Of a stretch of 64,000 nucleotides of DNA, positions 34,897-44,940 are shown one piece after another. The DNA is taken from positions 256,001 to 320,000 of the forward strand of contig CAVXWP010000009.1 of the NCBI GenBank assembly GCA_963765495.1. The letters run 5' to 3'. Source of the stretch: Blastocatellia bacterium (lineage in GTDB: Bacteria; Acidobacteriota; Blastocatellia; UBA7656). The number at the start of each line of letters is the position of its first letter. Position 1 is the stretch's first letter. The translations under genes and the position numbers were made by a program. The notes under the pieces were generated by a model that did not search any database, had not been told where the DNA came from, and worked only from the letters and a program-made list of their open reading frames with translations.

Positions 34897-35046
34897 TTCG
34901 TTCAACTTCATCTCAACTGTTATCTGTGCCGGACAGATCGTAAAGCCCTTGCGTCGAGAGCTTGCGACCACTGAAACCGCCGTGTTAGATTGAGTTTCAC
35001 TGTAATACTTTTCAATTCCGCCTTACGGCAATGGGGGTAAAACCAA

Positions 35047-36231
35047 ATGACACAATCTGCCACAGCACAATCTGAAAACGCGCCGCGCCCGCTCACTTCG
35101 CTCACGGACGAAGAGATGCTGTTTCGCCAGTCGGTGCGCGAATTCGCGGAACAGGAGATTCGCCCGCTCGCACACGAAATGGATGAAAAAGGTAAATTTT
35201 CTTCCGAACTTATAAAGCAATTTTTCGATCTCGGGCTTATGGGCATAGGCATCCCGGAAGAGTACGGCGGGCAGGGCGGCAACTTCTTTAACGCGATCCT
35301 TGCCGTCGAAGAGCTATCGCGCGTAGACGCATCGGCAGGCGTAATAGTTGATGTGCAAAACACTCTGGTAAACAATGCCATCCTGCTGTGGGGCAACGAG
35401 GATCAGAAGAAGCGGTACTGTCCAAAGCTCGCAACCGACACCGTAGGCGCTTACGCGCTTTCAGAAGCCGGTTCGGGAAGCGATGCCTTCGGGCTTGCCA
35501 CTCGCGCCGAAGACAAAGGCGATCACTTCCTGCTCAACGGTCAGAAACTCTGGATCACAAACGGAGCCGAAGCCGGTCTTTTTATAGTCTTTGCCAATAT
35601 CAACCCCGAACAGGGTTATCGCGGCATCACGGCTTTTCTTGTCGAAAGAGACTTTCCCGGCTTCACCGTAGGCAAGAAAGAAGACAAGCTAGGCATCCGC
35701 GCAAGCTCTACGTGCGAGCTTATACTTGAAAACTGTGAAGTAAAAAAAGAGAACGTGCTCGGCGAAGTGGGACGCGGATACAAGATCGCCATCGAAACGC
35801 TCAACGAAGGCCGCATAGGCATCGGCTCGCAGATGGTAGGTCTCTCGCAGGGCGCGCTCGAATACGGCATCGCCTATACAAAGGAGCGCACGCAATTCGG
35901 TCGCCCGATTGCAAAGTTTCAGGGCGTGCAGTTTCAGATCGCCCAGATAGCGACCGAGCTTGAAGCCGCGCGATTGATGGTCTATAACGCGGCTCGGCTA
36001 AAAGACGCGGGCGAAGATTACGTCACACAGGCGGCAATGGCCAAGCTTTTCACCTCGCAGGTGGCAGAGCGCGTCACCTCGCAGGTCGTCGAACTTTACG
36101 GCGGATACGGATACACCAAAGATTACCCCGCCGAAAAATACTATCGCGATGCAAAGATCGGCAAGATTTACGAAGGCACATCAAACATGCAGCTTCAAAC
36201 CATCGCCAAACAGATAATCGGCGATGTGTAA
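35047..36231 (+). CDS. Acyl-CoA dehydrogenase (short/branched-chain type)
   Basis: YALSEAGSGSDA, NGQKLWITNG, KLGIRASST, R.QFG.PI..FQ, KIYEGTSNMQ. Confidence 0.95.
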   Translation: MTQSATAQSENAPRPLTSLTDEEMLFRQSVREFAEQEIRPLAHEMDEKGKFSSELIKQFFDLGLMGIGIPEEYGGQGGNFFNAILAVEELSRVDASAGVIVDVQNTLVNNAILLWGNEDQKKRYCPKLATDTVGAYALSEAGSGSDAFGLATRAEDKGDHFLLNGQKLWITNGAEAGLFIVFANINPEQGYRGITAFLVERDFPGFTVGKKEDKLGIRASSTCELILENCEVKKENVLGEVGRGYKIAIETLNEGRIGIGSQMVGLSQGALEYGIAYTKERTQFGRPIAKFQGVQFQIAQIATELEAARLMVYNAARLKDAGEDYVTQAAMAKLFTSQVAERVTSQVVELYGGYGYTKDYPAEKYYRDAKIGKIYEGTSNMQLQTIAKQIIGDV

Positions 36232-36243
36232 AAGCCCTGCCAA

Positions 36244-36342
36244 TGCATGATGCGTGATTATCGTGATGCGTGATTCGTGATTTAGCAGGCTTGCAAGTCG
36301 TTTAAAATCGGCGGCCTGCCTGAAAGTCACGAATCACGCATC
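36244..36342. repeat. (CGTGATG)n/(..TCACG)n heptamer hairpin element
   Basis: gatgcgtgattcgtga ... tcacgaatcacgcatc. The spacer gcctgcctgaaagtcacgaatcac matches the reverse complement of 15037-15060. Confidence 0.8.
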
Positions 36343-36412
36343 GTTTCCCCCATCTTTGAAGCAAGTAATCACTCGTGTTAATATGCGTTTCAGGGTGTTT
36401 TGGGAGGATGAT

Positions 36413-36676
36413 ATGAAACGCGCACCGGGTATTTTTCTGGGTTTGGTGCTTGCCGCCGGAATTGTCATAGCCACCGCCGTAGAGCCTCACCCGTCATCAG
36501 CGACAGCAACGGTTTCCGCGTCGAATCTTGTCTACGCGGGTCCGACGAGTAAAACTTATCACGCTCAGGAATGCAAAGCGCTCCGGCGTGTTCGCCCGGC
36601 AAAACTCATCAGAATGAATCGAGACGATGCCGAAGCCGCGGGCTATATCGCCTGTAATGTCTGCTTTCGCCGGTAA
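36413..36676 (+). CDS. Small exported protein with Ada-like metal-binding domain
   Basis: Signal peptide, SKTYHAQEC and AEAAGYIACNVC. GGAGG RBS. Confidence 0.7.
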   Translation: MKRAPGIFLGLVLAAGIVIATAVEPHPSSATATVSASNLVYAGPTSKTYHAQECKALRRVRPAKLIRMNRDDAEAAGYIACNVCFRR

Positions 36677-36697
36677 GCAATCAGCCCGAAAAAATTC

Positions 36698-36764
36698 GCC
36701 ACAGAGGCACAAAGACACAGAGAAAAGATTTTGATAAACCTCTGTGTCTTTGTGCCTCTGTGGC
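36698..36764. repeat. Perfect 25-bp inverted repeat (CACAGAG-type units)
   Basis: gccacagaggcacaaagacacagag ... ctctgtgtctttgtgcctctgtggc. Confidence 0.88.
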
Positions 36765-36903
36765 TATTTCGACCTTTTAGAGCCTTCACGCTTTTGTCAA
36801 AACCTTGCTTCTCAGGTTAAAATATATCTTACGATGCAACGAGCCTTGAACCCGGCCGATGCTGCTCTGTCCTGGCTTTTCATTTTTTGTTGAGGAGACT
36901 TAG

Positions 36904-38916
36904 ATGATTGAAAGTTTGATTCATCGGGAGGTTGAGAAACGCCCGTCCAAAGTTCAGATCAAGGGCAGGATTCTCTTTCTTGCCGAAGAAGCCGAACTGG
37001 TGAGAACCCAGATTGAAGGCAATGATTTAGACATAAATAATATCCCTTCGCTCAGGAATGACATTTCCACAGACGAGATCACGCCAGCCTATATTTGCTA
37101 TCATTTTGATGAAAAGCTGGGCGAGTTTGTCTATATCGGGCTCAAGTGCGGCGATGAGTTCCCCATAAAACGCGGCGATGTGAAAAACGGAGGTTTCGAA
37201 GTCTCCGTATCGGGCAAGCGACGGGGCAAGGGCTCAAGCCGCGAACAATCCCCTTACGCTGAAATCGCCGCGGGCATTCGCCTCGTAATAGCCGAAAACA
37301 TCGAACGGATTTACAGGCAGAACTGCCAGAACCTCGGCCTGCTCACCTCGACCGATTTCAGCCTCATCCCTCGCATAGCCCGGGGTGAAGAGATACCGCT
37401 CGAAGAATTCACGCGCGGCGAAGACGAGATAACACGCCAGATCATCGAGTACGGCGGGCTGTTTACTTTCAACGTAGCGCGGCTTCAGGGCAAAGTCTCT
37501 TTGCCTGAAATCACGACCCAAAAACGTCCGATGACGCTGGCCGAAAAAATCTTTGCGAATCGCTTTGTCACCGATCCGGCAAAAGGCGCTACGGGAGTCG
37601 AAGCGGTCAAGCCGGGCGACACAGGTTTTGTCCGTACCGATATTCGGTTCAGCCACGAATACGTAACGCCGATGGCGGCGATTTTTTATGAATCGCTGGT
37701 CGGCAACGAACCCGTCAACGATCCGTCGTCAATATACTTTTTCCAGGACCACCTGACTTTTCTTGACGACGTGATGCCGCCCGAGCGGCGCGCTATGGGA
37801 TTGCTCGATCTGGCGCACGAGCTTATACGCAAACAGGCGGAGTTTGCCGACAAGCAGGGCATACGTCTGCACGGACAACTCAAGGATCGCAAAGGCTCCG
37901 AGGCGATCTGCCATAGCCTTATCCTTCAAAACTACGCCCTGCCCGGCCAGATCATCATCGGCTCGGATTCTCACACGCCGCACGCGGGAGCCGTCGGATG
38001 CATAGCCTTCGGCGTGGGAACTACCGATATATTCAATTCCTGGATCACGAAAGATGTCCGCGTACGCGTGCCCGAACAGGTGCAGATAAAAGTCACCGGA
38101 CACAAGCCCGACAACATCACCGCGAAAGATTTCATGCTTGCGATACTCAGGACCGACTTTGTCCGAAACGGCGACGCTATCGGCAAGATAGTCGAATACA
38201 CGGGTGAAGCCGTAAGCGACCTCAACATTGACGAGCGCGCCACGATGACCAACATGGCCGCCGAGGTAGGAGCCTTCACAGGGCTTGTCGGGGCCGATGA
38301 AAAGACCGTCGAATTTCTTATGGAGCGAGGTCTCTCGCCGGATGAAGCCGCTCGATTATGCGAGGGGATGCAAAGCGACCCCGATGCCCAGTATGCGCTT
38401 ACCATAGAGATCGACGCGAACCAGTTGCGCCCGATGGTGGCGACTCCCGGCGATCCCGGAAACGGCGTCTATATCGACGAGTTGCCCGGCACGGTCAAGG
38501 TTGACATCGCATACGGCGGGTCCTGCACGGCGGGCAAAAAAGAAGATATGGATATGTATGCGCGGGTGTTTCGTGAAGCCCTCGTTCGCGGGCAGCGCGT
38601 TCACCCCGACACCCAGTGCTTTATTCAATTCGGCTCGCAGGAGGTTCGCAAGCACTGCGAGCAGCAGGGCTACATTGACATATTCGAGCAGGTCGGCGCG
38701 ACGATAATAGAGCCGAGTTGCGGGGCCTGCATCAACGCCGGTCCCGGGGTCAGCACCTTGAAGGAGCAGGTAGTTATCAGCGCGCAGAATCGAAATTTCC
38801 CAGGGCGCAGCGGACCCGGTCAGATGTATCTGGCCTCGCCCTATACCGTGGCTGCCTCCGCGATAGCCGGGCACATAGTCGAATACCGTCCCGCTTCGGC
38901 AGCCTCTGTCAAGTAA
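36904..38916 (+). CDS. Aconitase-family hydratase: LeuD-like swivel domain fused N-terminally to a LeuC-like 4Fe-4S domain
   Basis: DISTDEITPA and GKGSSREQ (swivel domain); GSDSHT, GGSCT, PSCGACI, NRNFPGRSG. Confidence 0.9.
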   Translation: MIESLIHREVEKRPSKVQIKGRILFLAEEAELVRTQIEGNDLDINNIPSLRNDISTDEITPAYICYHFDEKLGEFVYIGLKCGDEFPIKRGDVKNGGFEVSVSGKRRGKGSSREQSPYAEIAAGIRLVIAENIERIYRQNCQNLGLLTSTDFSLIPRIARGEEIPLEEFTRGEDEITRQIIEYGGLFTFNVARLQGKVSLPEITTQKRPMTLAEKIFANRFVTDPAKGATGVEAVKPGDTGFVRTDIRFSHEYVTPMAAIFYESLVGNEPVNDPSSIYFFQDHLTFLDDVMPPERRAMGLLDLAHELIRKQAEFADKQGIRLHGQLKDRKGSEAICHSLILQNYALPGQIIIGSDSHTPHAGAVGCIAFGVGTTDIFNSWITKDVRVRVPEQVQIKVTGHKPDNITAKDFMLAILRTDFVRNGDAIGKIVEYTGEAVSDLNIDERATMTNMAAEVGAFTGLVGADEKTVEFLMERGLSPDEAARLCEGMQSDPDAQYALTIEIDANQLRPMVATPGDPGNGVYIDELPGTVKVDIAYGGSCTAGKKEDMDMYARVFREALVRGQRVHPDTQCFIQFGSQEVRKHCEQQGYIDIFEQVGATIIEPSCGACINAGPGVSTLKEQVVISAQNRNFPGRSGPGQMYLASPYTVAASAIAGHIVEYRPASAASVK

Positions 38917-38920
38917 TTAA

Positions 38921-39007
38921 TGACACTTGATGCGTGATGCGTGAGATTTGCGACGAGTTTTTAATCAGCTACCTACCTGAAAATCACGCATCACGCATCA
39001 AGTGTCA
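38921..39007. repeat. Perfect 24-bp inverted repeat of CGTGATG heptamers
   Basis: tgacacttgatgcgtgatgcgtga ... tcacgcatcacgcatcaagtgtca. Confidence 0.88.
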
Positions 39008-39025
39008 CTCTGAGGAGATAACTCG

Positions 39026-41146
39026 ATGGCCGTTCAACCACAGGCAGAAAAGTATCACGGGCTGGACCGCGAGACCATGTTGAAGATTTACCGTCTGATG
39101 TACACCTCTCGGCGGGTAGACGATAAAGAGATTCAACTGAAGCGGCAGAACAAGATCTACTTCCAGATCTCCGGCGCGGGCCACGAAGCCGTTCTGGTCG
39201 CCGCCGGACTCGCGCTCAGGCCCGGATATGACTGGTTCTATCCCTACTACCGCGACCGCGCATTGTGCCTTGCGGTGGGAGTGACGGCGACCGACATGCT
39301 CATGCAGGGAACGGGCGCGGCGGCCGATCCGAGTTCGGGTGGCCGCCAGATGCCGAGCCACTGGGGACATAAAGACCTGAATATCGTCACGCAATCATCG
39401 CCTACGGGGACGCAGTTCCTGCAAGCCGTGGGCTGCGCCGAGGCCAATTACCGGGCCGAATTGATTGGCAACCCCGAAAAACTTATTCGGGGCTATAAAC
39501 CTGACTCTGTGGTTTACGTATCGGCGGGGGACGGCACGACGAGCGAAGGCGAATTTTATGAATCTCTGAATACGTCCTGCAATCTGAAACTCCCTGTGCT
39601 CTATGTGATTGAAGACAACGGTTACGCGATTTCGGTCCCCGTTGAAGTTCAGACCGCGGGCGGGAGCATATCGAAACTCGTGAGCGGGTTCCCGAATTTG
39701 ATGGTCGAAGAGGTGGACGGCTGCGATCCCATAGCGAGTTACGAAGTCCTGAAGCGCGCTGTCTCGTACTGCCGCGAGCGACGCGGTCCGGCGCTTGTTC
39801 ACGCGCATGTTATCCGGCCTTATTCTCACTCTCTTTCCGACGACGAAATGCTTTACCGGCCCGCAACCGAGCGTGAACGCGAAGCCGAACGCGATCCGAC
39901 CCGCACTTTCGCAGCTTATCTGATCAATGAAGGGCTTGCGACTGAGGAAGATCTCAAACGCCTGACCGAAGAGGTTGATGAGGAAGTCAACCGGGCGGCA
40001 GATGCGGCAGACGCCGCGCCAAAACCGGGCAAGGAAACCGTTACTTTGTACGTTTACTCGCCCGATGTTGACCCGACATCGAAGGAGTTCGACTCGGAAA
40101 CATCTGAGCCTCCATCGGGCGATCAAAAGACGATGGTCGATCTTATCAACGCGTGTCTGACCGACGAGATGGCCAGAGACGAACGAATTGTCGTCTTTGG
40201 CGAAGACGTAGCAGATTGCAGCCGCGAAGAGAATATCGAAACCGTCAAAGGCAAAGGCGGGGTCTTCAAGGTCACGCACAACCTGCAACGCCGGTACGGA
40301 AGCGACCGGGTATTCAATTCGCCTCTGGCCGAGGCCAACATCATCGGGCGCGCAACGGGAATGGCTACGCGGGGGCTGAAGCCCGTGCCCGAAATTCAAT
40401 TTTTCGATTACATCTGGCCCGCGATGCATCAGCTTCGCAACGAGATCCCGCTCATACGCTGGCGCTCAAACAACAACTTCAAATGCCCTATGGTGATTCG
40501 CGTGGCCACGGGCGGATACCTGACGGGAGGGGCGGTCTATCACAGCCAGTGCGGTGAGAGCATCTTTACACACACGCCGGGGATGCGAGTGGTGATGCCC
40601 TCGAACGCGCTCGATGCAAACGGACTCTTGCGCACCGCGATTCGCTCGGATGATCCGGTGATGTTCCTCGAACACAAACACCTCTACCGCCAGACCCACA
40701 ACAAGGGGGCATATCCAGGACCGGATTATATGATTCCCTTTGGCAAGGCAAAGGTAGTGCGGGCGGGCACCGACATTTCGATCATCACTTATGGGGCTAC
40801 GGTCTATCGCTCAATCGTGGCGGCAAGAAAAGCAGAAGAAGAACACGGCCTGAGCGTGGAAGTCATAGACCTCCGATGTCTTAGTCCCTACGATTGGGAG
40901 ACCATAAGCGAATCCATCGGCAAGACGAACAAGGCGCTGGTCGTTCACGAAGACACCCGGAGCTGGGGCTACGGCGCTGAGATAGCCGCCCGAATCGCCG
41001 ATGAGTTATTCGAATATCTCGACGGACCCGTTCGCCGCGTGGCCGCGCTCGATACGTTTGTGGCCTACTATCCGGGGCTGGAAGACGCGATATTGCCTCA
41101 GGCGGATACAATCAAATCGGCCCTCCTCGACCTCGCGCGTTATTGA
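39026..41146 (+). CDS. 2-oxoacid (probably branched-chain) dehydrogenase E1, fused alpha/beta subunits
   Basis: GHEA, GRQMPSH, TPP motif [36 protein letters not shown]. Confidence 0.93.
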   Translation: MAVQPQAEKYHGLDRETMLKIYRLMYTSRRVDDKEIQLKRQNKIYFQISGAGHEAVLVAAGLALRPGYDWFYPYYRDRALCLAVGVTATDMLMQGTGAAADPSSGGRQMPSHWGHKDLNIVTQSSPTGTQFLQAVGCAEANYRAELIGNPEKLIRGYKPDSVVYVSAGDGTTSEGEFYESLNTSCNLKLPVLYVIEDNGYAISVPVEVQTAGGSISKLVSGFPNLMVEEVDGCDPIASYEVLKRAVSYCRERRGPALVHAHVIRPYSHSLSDDEMLYRPATEREREAERDPTRTFAAYLINEGLATEEDLKRLTEEVDEEVNRAADAADAAPKPGKETVTLYVYSPDVDPTSKEFDSETSEPPSGDQKTMVDLINACLTDEMARDERIVVFGEDVADCSREENIETVKGKGGVFKVTHNLQRRYGSDRVFNSPLAEANIIGRATGMATRGLKPVPEIQFFDYIWPAMHQLRNEIPLIRWRSNNNFKCPMVIRVATGGYLTGGAVYHSQCGESIFTHTPGMRVVMPSNALDANGLLRTAIRSDDPVMFLEHKHLYRQTHNKGAYPGPDYMIPFGKAKVVRAGTDISIITYGATVYRSIVAARKAEEEHGLSVEVIDLRCLSPYDWETISESIGKTNKALVVHEDTRSWGYGAEIAARIADELFEYLDGPVRRVAALDTFVAYYPGLEDAILPQADTIKSALLDLARY

Positions 41147-41197
41147 TCGGAAAGCGCCCGGTCGATGCTTTAGCCGGGCGCAACTTTCAAGGTAAAG

Positions 41198-41609
41198 ATG
41201 AAGAATTGCTGGCTGCTCAAATCTGATCCTGACGATTATACCTTTGACGCTCTCGAACGTGAGGGCGAGACCGTCTGGGACGGTGTGAGCAACAACCTCG
41301 CCCTTCAAAATCTGAGAAAGATCAAAATGGGCGACGATCTGTTGATCTATCATACCGGCAGCGAAAAGGCGCTCGTCGGACTTGCCCGCGCCGCAAGCGA
41401 CCCTTACCCCGATCCGAACGGCGACAATCCAAAACTCGTCGTAATAGATGTAAAACTATCTTCGCCGCGCAAAGCGCGCAGTTACGCTCGCAGAGATCAA
41501 ACAGATGCCCGAATTTTCATCCTTTCAGCTTGTCCGACTGCCGAGGCTTTCGGTGGTTCCCGTTGATGAACAGGAACGAAAAAGTCTCTTCAAGATGGCC
41601 GGACTTTAA
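41198..41609 (+). pseudogene. EVE-domain protein with a +1 frameshift near 41452-41456 (real lesion or sequencing error)
   Basis: WLLKSDP, WDGVSN, YHTG. The typical EVE tail VTLAEIKQ..LVRLPRLSVVPV is in another frame ending at TAA 41607-41609. Confidence 0.8.
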
Positions 41610-41719
41610 ACACTCCCCTAATTTTCACAGGCGCGAACCGCTTTGATCCGAAACAGACATTTGGCGACTGCCTGCCGGTCTATGTTAGACTAACCGTCTT
41701 GATAGCGCGGGGCGAATCT

Positions 41720-41902
41720 ATGAAGATCAGTTTTATTCTCGCGGTGCTCGGAATTGTGGCTTTGTTAATTGGCTATGTGCGAGTAGAAAAGCGAATAAAT
41801 CAGAGGGCCTGTCCCAGTTGCAAATACGGTATTTCCGTAGATTCCGCCGACCGGCAATGCCCTCGCTGCGGCGCGATACTTGAAGAAGAAAACAACCTGT
41901 GA
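41720..41902 (+). CDS. Small membrane-anchored zinc-ribbon protein
   Basis: TM helix followed by CPSC and CPRC. Confidence 0.6.
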   Translation: MKISFILAVLGIVALLIGYVRVEKRINQRACPSCKYGISVDSADRQCPRCGAILEEENNL

Positions 41903-42327
41903 GAGGAAAGCTCTCCAGCCTGGCGCATATGACTATGAAACGATTCATAAATGCCATCCCGAAGCTTGCGTTCATTTATCTGCCGCTATGCATTATCGCA
42001 GTAGACGCGGCGGTGCTCGTTTCAGAGCGGCTGCAACCCGAAACGGAAAAGGCCATCAGAATGGTTCAGGAAAGCCCCTCGCGCAAAGAGGAATTCACCA
42101 TTCAACAACATTTCTACACCACCGTCTATTATCAAAAATCGAAGGGAGAAGACGTAACCATAGAAGGATGGGACGCCGATCAACCTGCGGGTCCGAACAC
42201 TCCGGTGATGGTGGTATTCGGCTATGAAGACAGTCAGGGCGACCACACGGCCCTTTGGGAAGTAGACGTAAAAAAGAAAAAGATCACTCCGCGAAATGAA
42301 ATGGCCGTCAACATATCTCGCCAATGA
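41899..42327 (+). CDS. Hypothetical membrane-anchored protein
   Basis: Overlaps the upstream stop (GTGA); one hydrophobic segment. Start may be 41929 or 41935. Confidence 0.55.
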   Translation: MRGKLSSLAHMTMKRFINAIPKLAFIYLPLCIIAVDAAVLVSERLQPETEKAIRMVQESPSRKEEFTIQQHFYTTVYYQKSKGEDVTIEGWDADQPAGPNTPVMVVFGYEDSQGDHTALWEVDVKKKKITPRNEMAVNISRQ

Positions 42328-42583
42328 CAGCCGAGGCCATGCAGTTCTCAAATTTCCCAGCCTGAATCGCAGAAAACTGCCGACAGCTTTAATTAAAAGC
42401 TTTGTGTTTCCCTGTTCACTTCACGTATTGGCGAGCTACAGGTTTTCAATCGAAATGCCCAAGCCCGGTCATGCCCGGGCTGTGCGCGCCGTCCCACTGG
42501 CCCGTGATCGCTCGGGGGCTGGAATTCGGCTGCGCGATGTGCAAGCATCCACAGACAGCGCTCGACCTTCGAAGGGGACGCAG

Positions 42584-43438
42584 ATGATCGAAGTCGCAAA
42601 TCTTCAGTTCACATACAGCAAGACCGATAAGCCCGCCGTCAGGGGCTTGACCTTTGATGTCAAGCAAGGCGAAGTATTCGGGTTCCTCGGCCCAAGCGGC
42701 GCGGGCAAATCGACTACGCAAAACATACTCATACGTCTGTTGAAAGATTATCAGGGCAACGTTTCGGTCTTCGGAAGAGACCTGACCTTGTGGAAATCCG
42801 ATTATTATGAACGGGTGGGAATATCCTTCGAATTTCCCAATCACTATCAGAAGCTCACGGCCCTTGAAAACCTGACCTACTTCGGTTCGCTCTATAGCGG
42901 CAAGGTTGCCGCCCCGCAAACATTACTCGAACGGGTCGGTCTCGGCGCGGATGCAAACCTTCCGGTGTCGCAGTTTTCAAAGGGCATGAAAGTGCGTTTG
43001 AGCGTCGCCCGCTCGCTCCTTCACGACCCGGAATTGATCTTTATGGATGAACCGACATCGGGGCTCGATCCCCTGAATCAGCGGCTAATCAAAGAGTTGA
43101 TCGGGGAACGGCAGCAGGCAGGCAAGACCATCTTTCTTACAACGCACAACATGACGGTGGCCGATGAATTATGCGACCGCGTAGCCTTTATCGTGGACGG
43201 AGAGATACGACTCATAGACTCGCCTCGCCAGTTGAAGCTCCGCTATGGAGAGCGCAAAGTGCGAGTCGAGTATCAGCAAAACGGGCATACCAGGAACAAG
43301 GATTTCGCGCTCGAATCTCTCGGCGCGAACGCGGATTTCCTCTCCCTGCTTCGCGGCGGAAATATCCAGACCATACACACGCAGGAAGCTACGCTTGAAG
43401 ACATTTTCATTCGCGTAACGGGCCGGAGGCTCCTATGA
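42584..43438 (+). CDS. ABC exporter ATP-binding subunit
   Basis: GPSGAGKST, FSKGMK, FMDEPTSGLDP, LTTH. ATG 42584 after AGGGG. Confidence 0.93.
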   Translation: MIEVANLQFTYSKTDKPAVRGLTFDVKQGEVFGFLGPSGAGKSTTQNILIRLLKDYQGNVSVFGRDLTLWKSDYYERVGISFEFPNHYQKLTALENLTYFGSLYSGKVAAPQTLLERVGLGADANLPVSQFSKGMKVRLSVARSLLHDPELIFMDEPTSGLDPLNQRLIKELIGERQQAGKTIFLTTHNMTVADELCDRVAFIVDGEIRLIDSPRQLKLRYGERKVRVEYQQNGHTRNKDFALESLGANADFLSLLRGGNIQTIHTQEATLEDIFIRVTGRRLL

Positions 43439-44139
43439 AACGACTGGCGGCAACCTTGCGCTGGGATGTTCAGCTACAGATACGAAACGGCTTTTACCAC
43501 GCTACGGCCTTCGTGCTGATAGTCTGGGCAGCGATCATCTGGCGGCTTCCGGCTATAGACCTGGGATGGTTGCTTCCGGCGCTCGTGCTCGGCAACCTGA
43601 TGATAAACACCTTCTATTTTATGAGCGGGCTTGTGCTGCTTGAAAAAGGCGAAGGGACGCTTGCGGCTCAGGTGGTCACTCCGTTAAGAACCTGGGAGTA
43701 TCTTGCGGCCAAATTGATAACGCTCGGGGGGCTCGCGCTCGCGGAGAACATATTGATTGTCTGTCTGTTTTACGGGTTTGGATTTAATCTACTGCCTATG
43801 ATCGCGGCGATTATTCTGGCTTCGGTGATCTACACGCTAGCGGGGTTCATAGCCGTTGCCAGATTTGATTCAATCAACGAATTTCTGATGCCGTCGATTT
43901 TATACACCTCCCTGCTTACCGTGCCGCTTATGCCTTACCTTGCGCGGTGGGAAAGCCCGCTGATTTACCTCCACCCGGTCCAAGCGCCGCTCGTGCTCGC
44001 CGAGGCGGCCTTTCAAAGTGTTCCAATGTGGCAGATCGCCTACGGCGTATTCTATTCCGCGCTCTGGGGATTTCTGCTTTATCGCGCGAGCCTGCGGACA
44101 TTTCACAGATTCATCATCGCGCGGGCAGGAGCGAATTAG
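43435..44139 (+). CDS. ABC-2-type permease (fluoroquinolone-exporter-like)
   Basis: LVLLEKGEGTLAAQVVTPL..EYLAAK; six TM helices; ATGA coupling. Confidence 0.85.
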   Translation: MKRLAATLRWDVQLQIRNGFYHATAFVLIVWAAIIWRLPAIDLGWLLPALVLGNLMINTFYFMSGLVLLEKGEGTLAAQVVTPLRTWEYLAAKLITLGGLALAENILIVCLFYGFGFNLLPMIAAIILASVIYTLAGFIAVARFDSINEFLMPSILYTSLLTVPLMPYLARWESPLIYLHPVQAPLVLAEAAFQSVPMWQIAYGVFYSALWGFLLYRASLRTFHRFIIARAGAN

Positions 44140-44140
44140 G

Positions 44141-44881
44141 ATGTACGCGCTGAAGATCATCAAGGCGCTTGGGCCGATAGACGCCAAGAGCGTGAGCCGC
44201 GATTCGCTGCTTCGCTGGATGGCGATTGTGCCTCTGGGGCTGGCGCTTGCGGCCAGGTGGCTTTTGCCCACGCTCATCAGCCGGGTAGGTGAAAAGGCGG
44301 GGTTCGACCTTTTGCCTTACTATCCTTCCTTCATGAGCTATGCGCTCCTGCTTTTAGCGCCTTCCCTGTGCGGAATGGTCATCGGCTTTATTCTGCTCGA
44401 CCAGCGCGACGACCGAACCCTGACCGCGTTGCAGGTCACGCCGATGTCGCTGAACAGTTATCTGGTTTACAGACTGGCTGCGCCGATGGTGTTGAGCGTG
44501 GCAATGACGCTCGTGGTTTTTCCTGTGGCCGGGTTAATGCTAATCAGTTTTCCCGCGCTCATAATCGCGGCTGTGGCGGCGGCTCCGACGGCTCCGATAA
44601 TTGCGCTAGCGCTCGGGTCGTTTGCGTCAAACAAGGTACAGGGCTTTGCCTTGACCAAGGTGTCGGGCATTCTGATGATCGCGCCGATGATCGCCTATTT
44701 CGTCCATTCCGGCTGGCAATTGATGTTTGGGCTGGTTCCCACCTACTGGCCCGTGAAATTGTTCTGGACGCTCGAAGCAGGTCGGTCAAACGGGTGGATA
44801 TACCTTGTGGCCGGTCTCGCATATCAGGGGGCACTGACGGGGCTGCTTGTGCGCCGATTCAACAGAGTGATGACACGGTGA
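44141..44881 (+). CDS. ABC-2-type permease (fluoroquinolone-exporter-like)
   Basis: GFILLDQRDDRTLTALQVTP, ASNKVQGFALTK, PTYWP. Confidence 0.85.
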   Translation: MYALKIIKALGPIDAKSVSRDSLLRWMAIVPLGLALAARWLLPTLISRVGEKAGFDLLPYYPSFMSYALLLLAPSLCGMVIGFILLDQRDDRTLTALQVTPMSLNSYLVYRLAAPMVLSVAMTLVVFPVAGLMLISFPALIIAAVAAAPTAPIIALALGSFASNKVQGFALTKVSGILMIAPMIAYFVHSGWQLMFGLVPTYWPVKLFWTLEAGRSNGWIYLVAGLAYQGALTGLLVRRFNRVMTR

Positions 44882-44940
44882 TTTGCCCGCAGGTTGGCGG
44901 ATAAGGCGGGGTTTCAGGATAATACGAGCAGAGGGAAATA

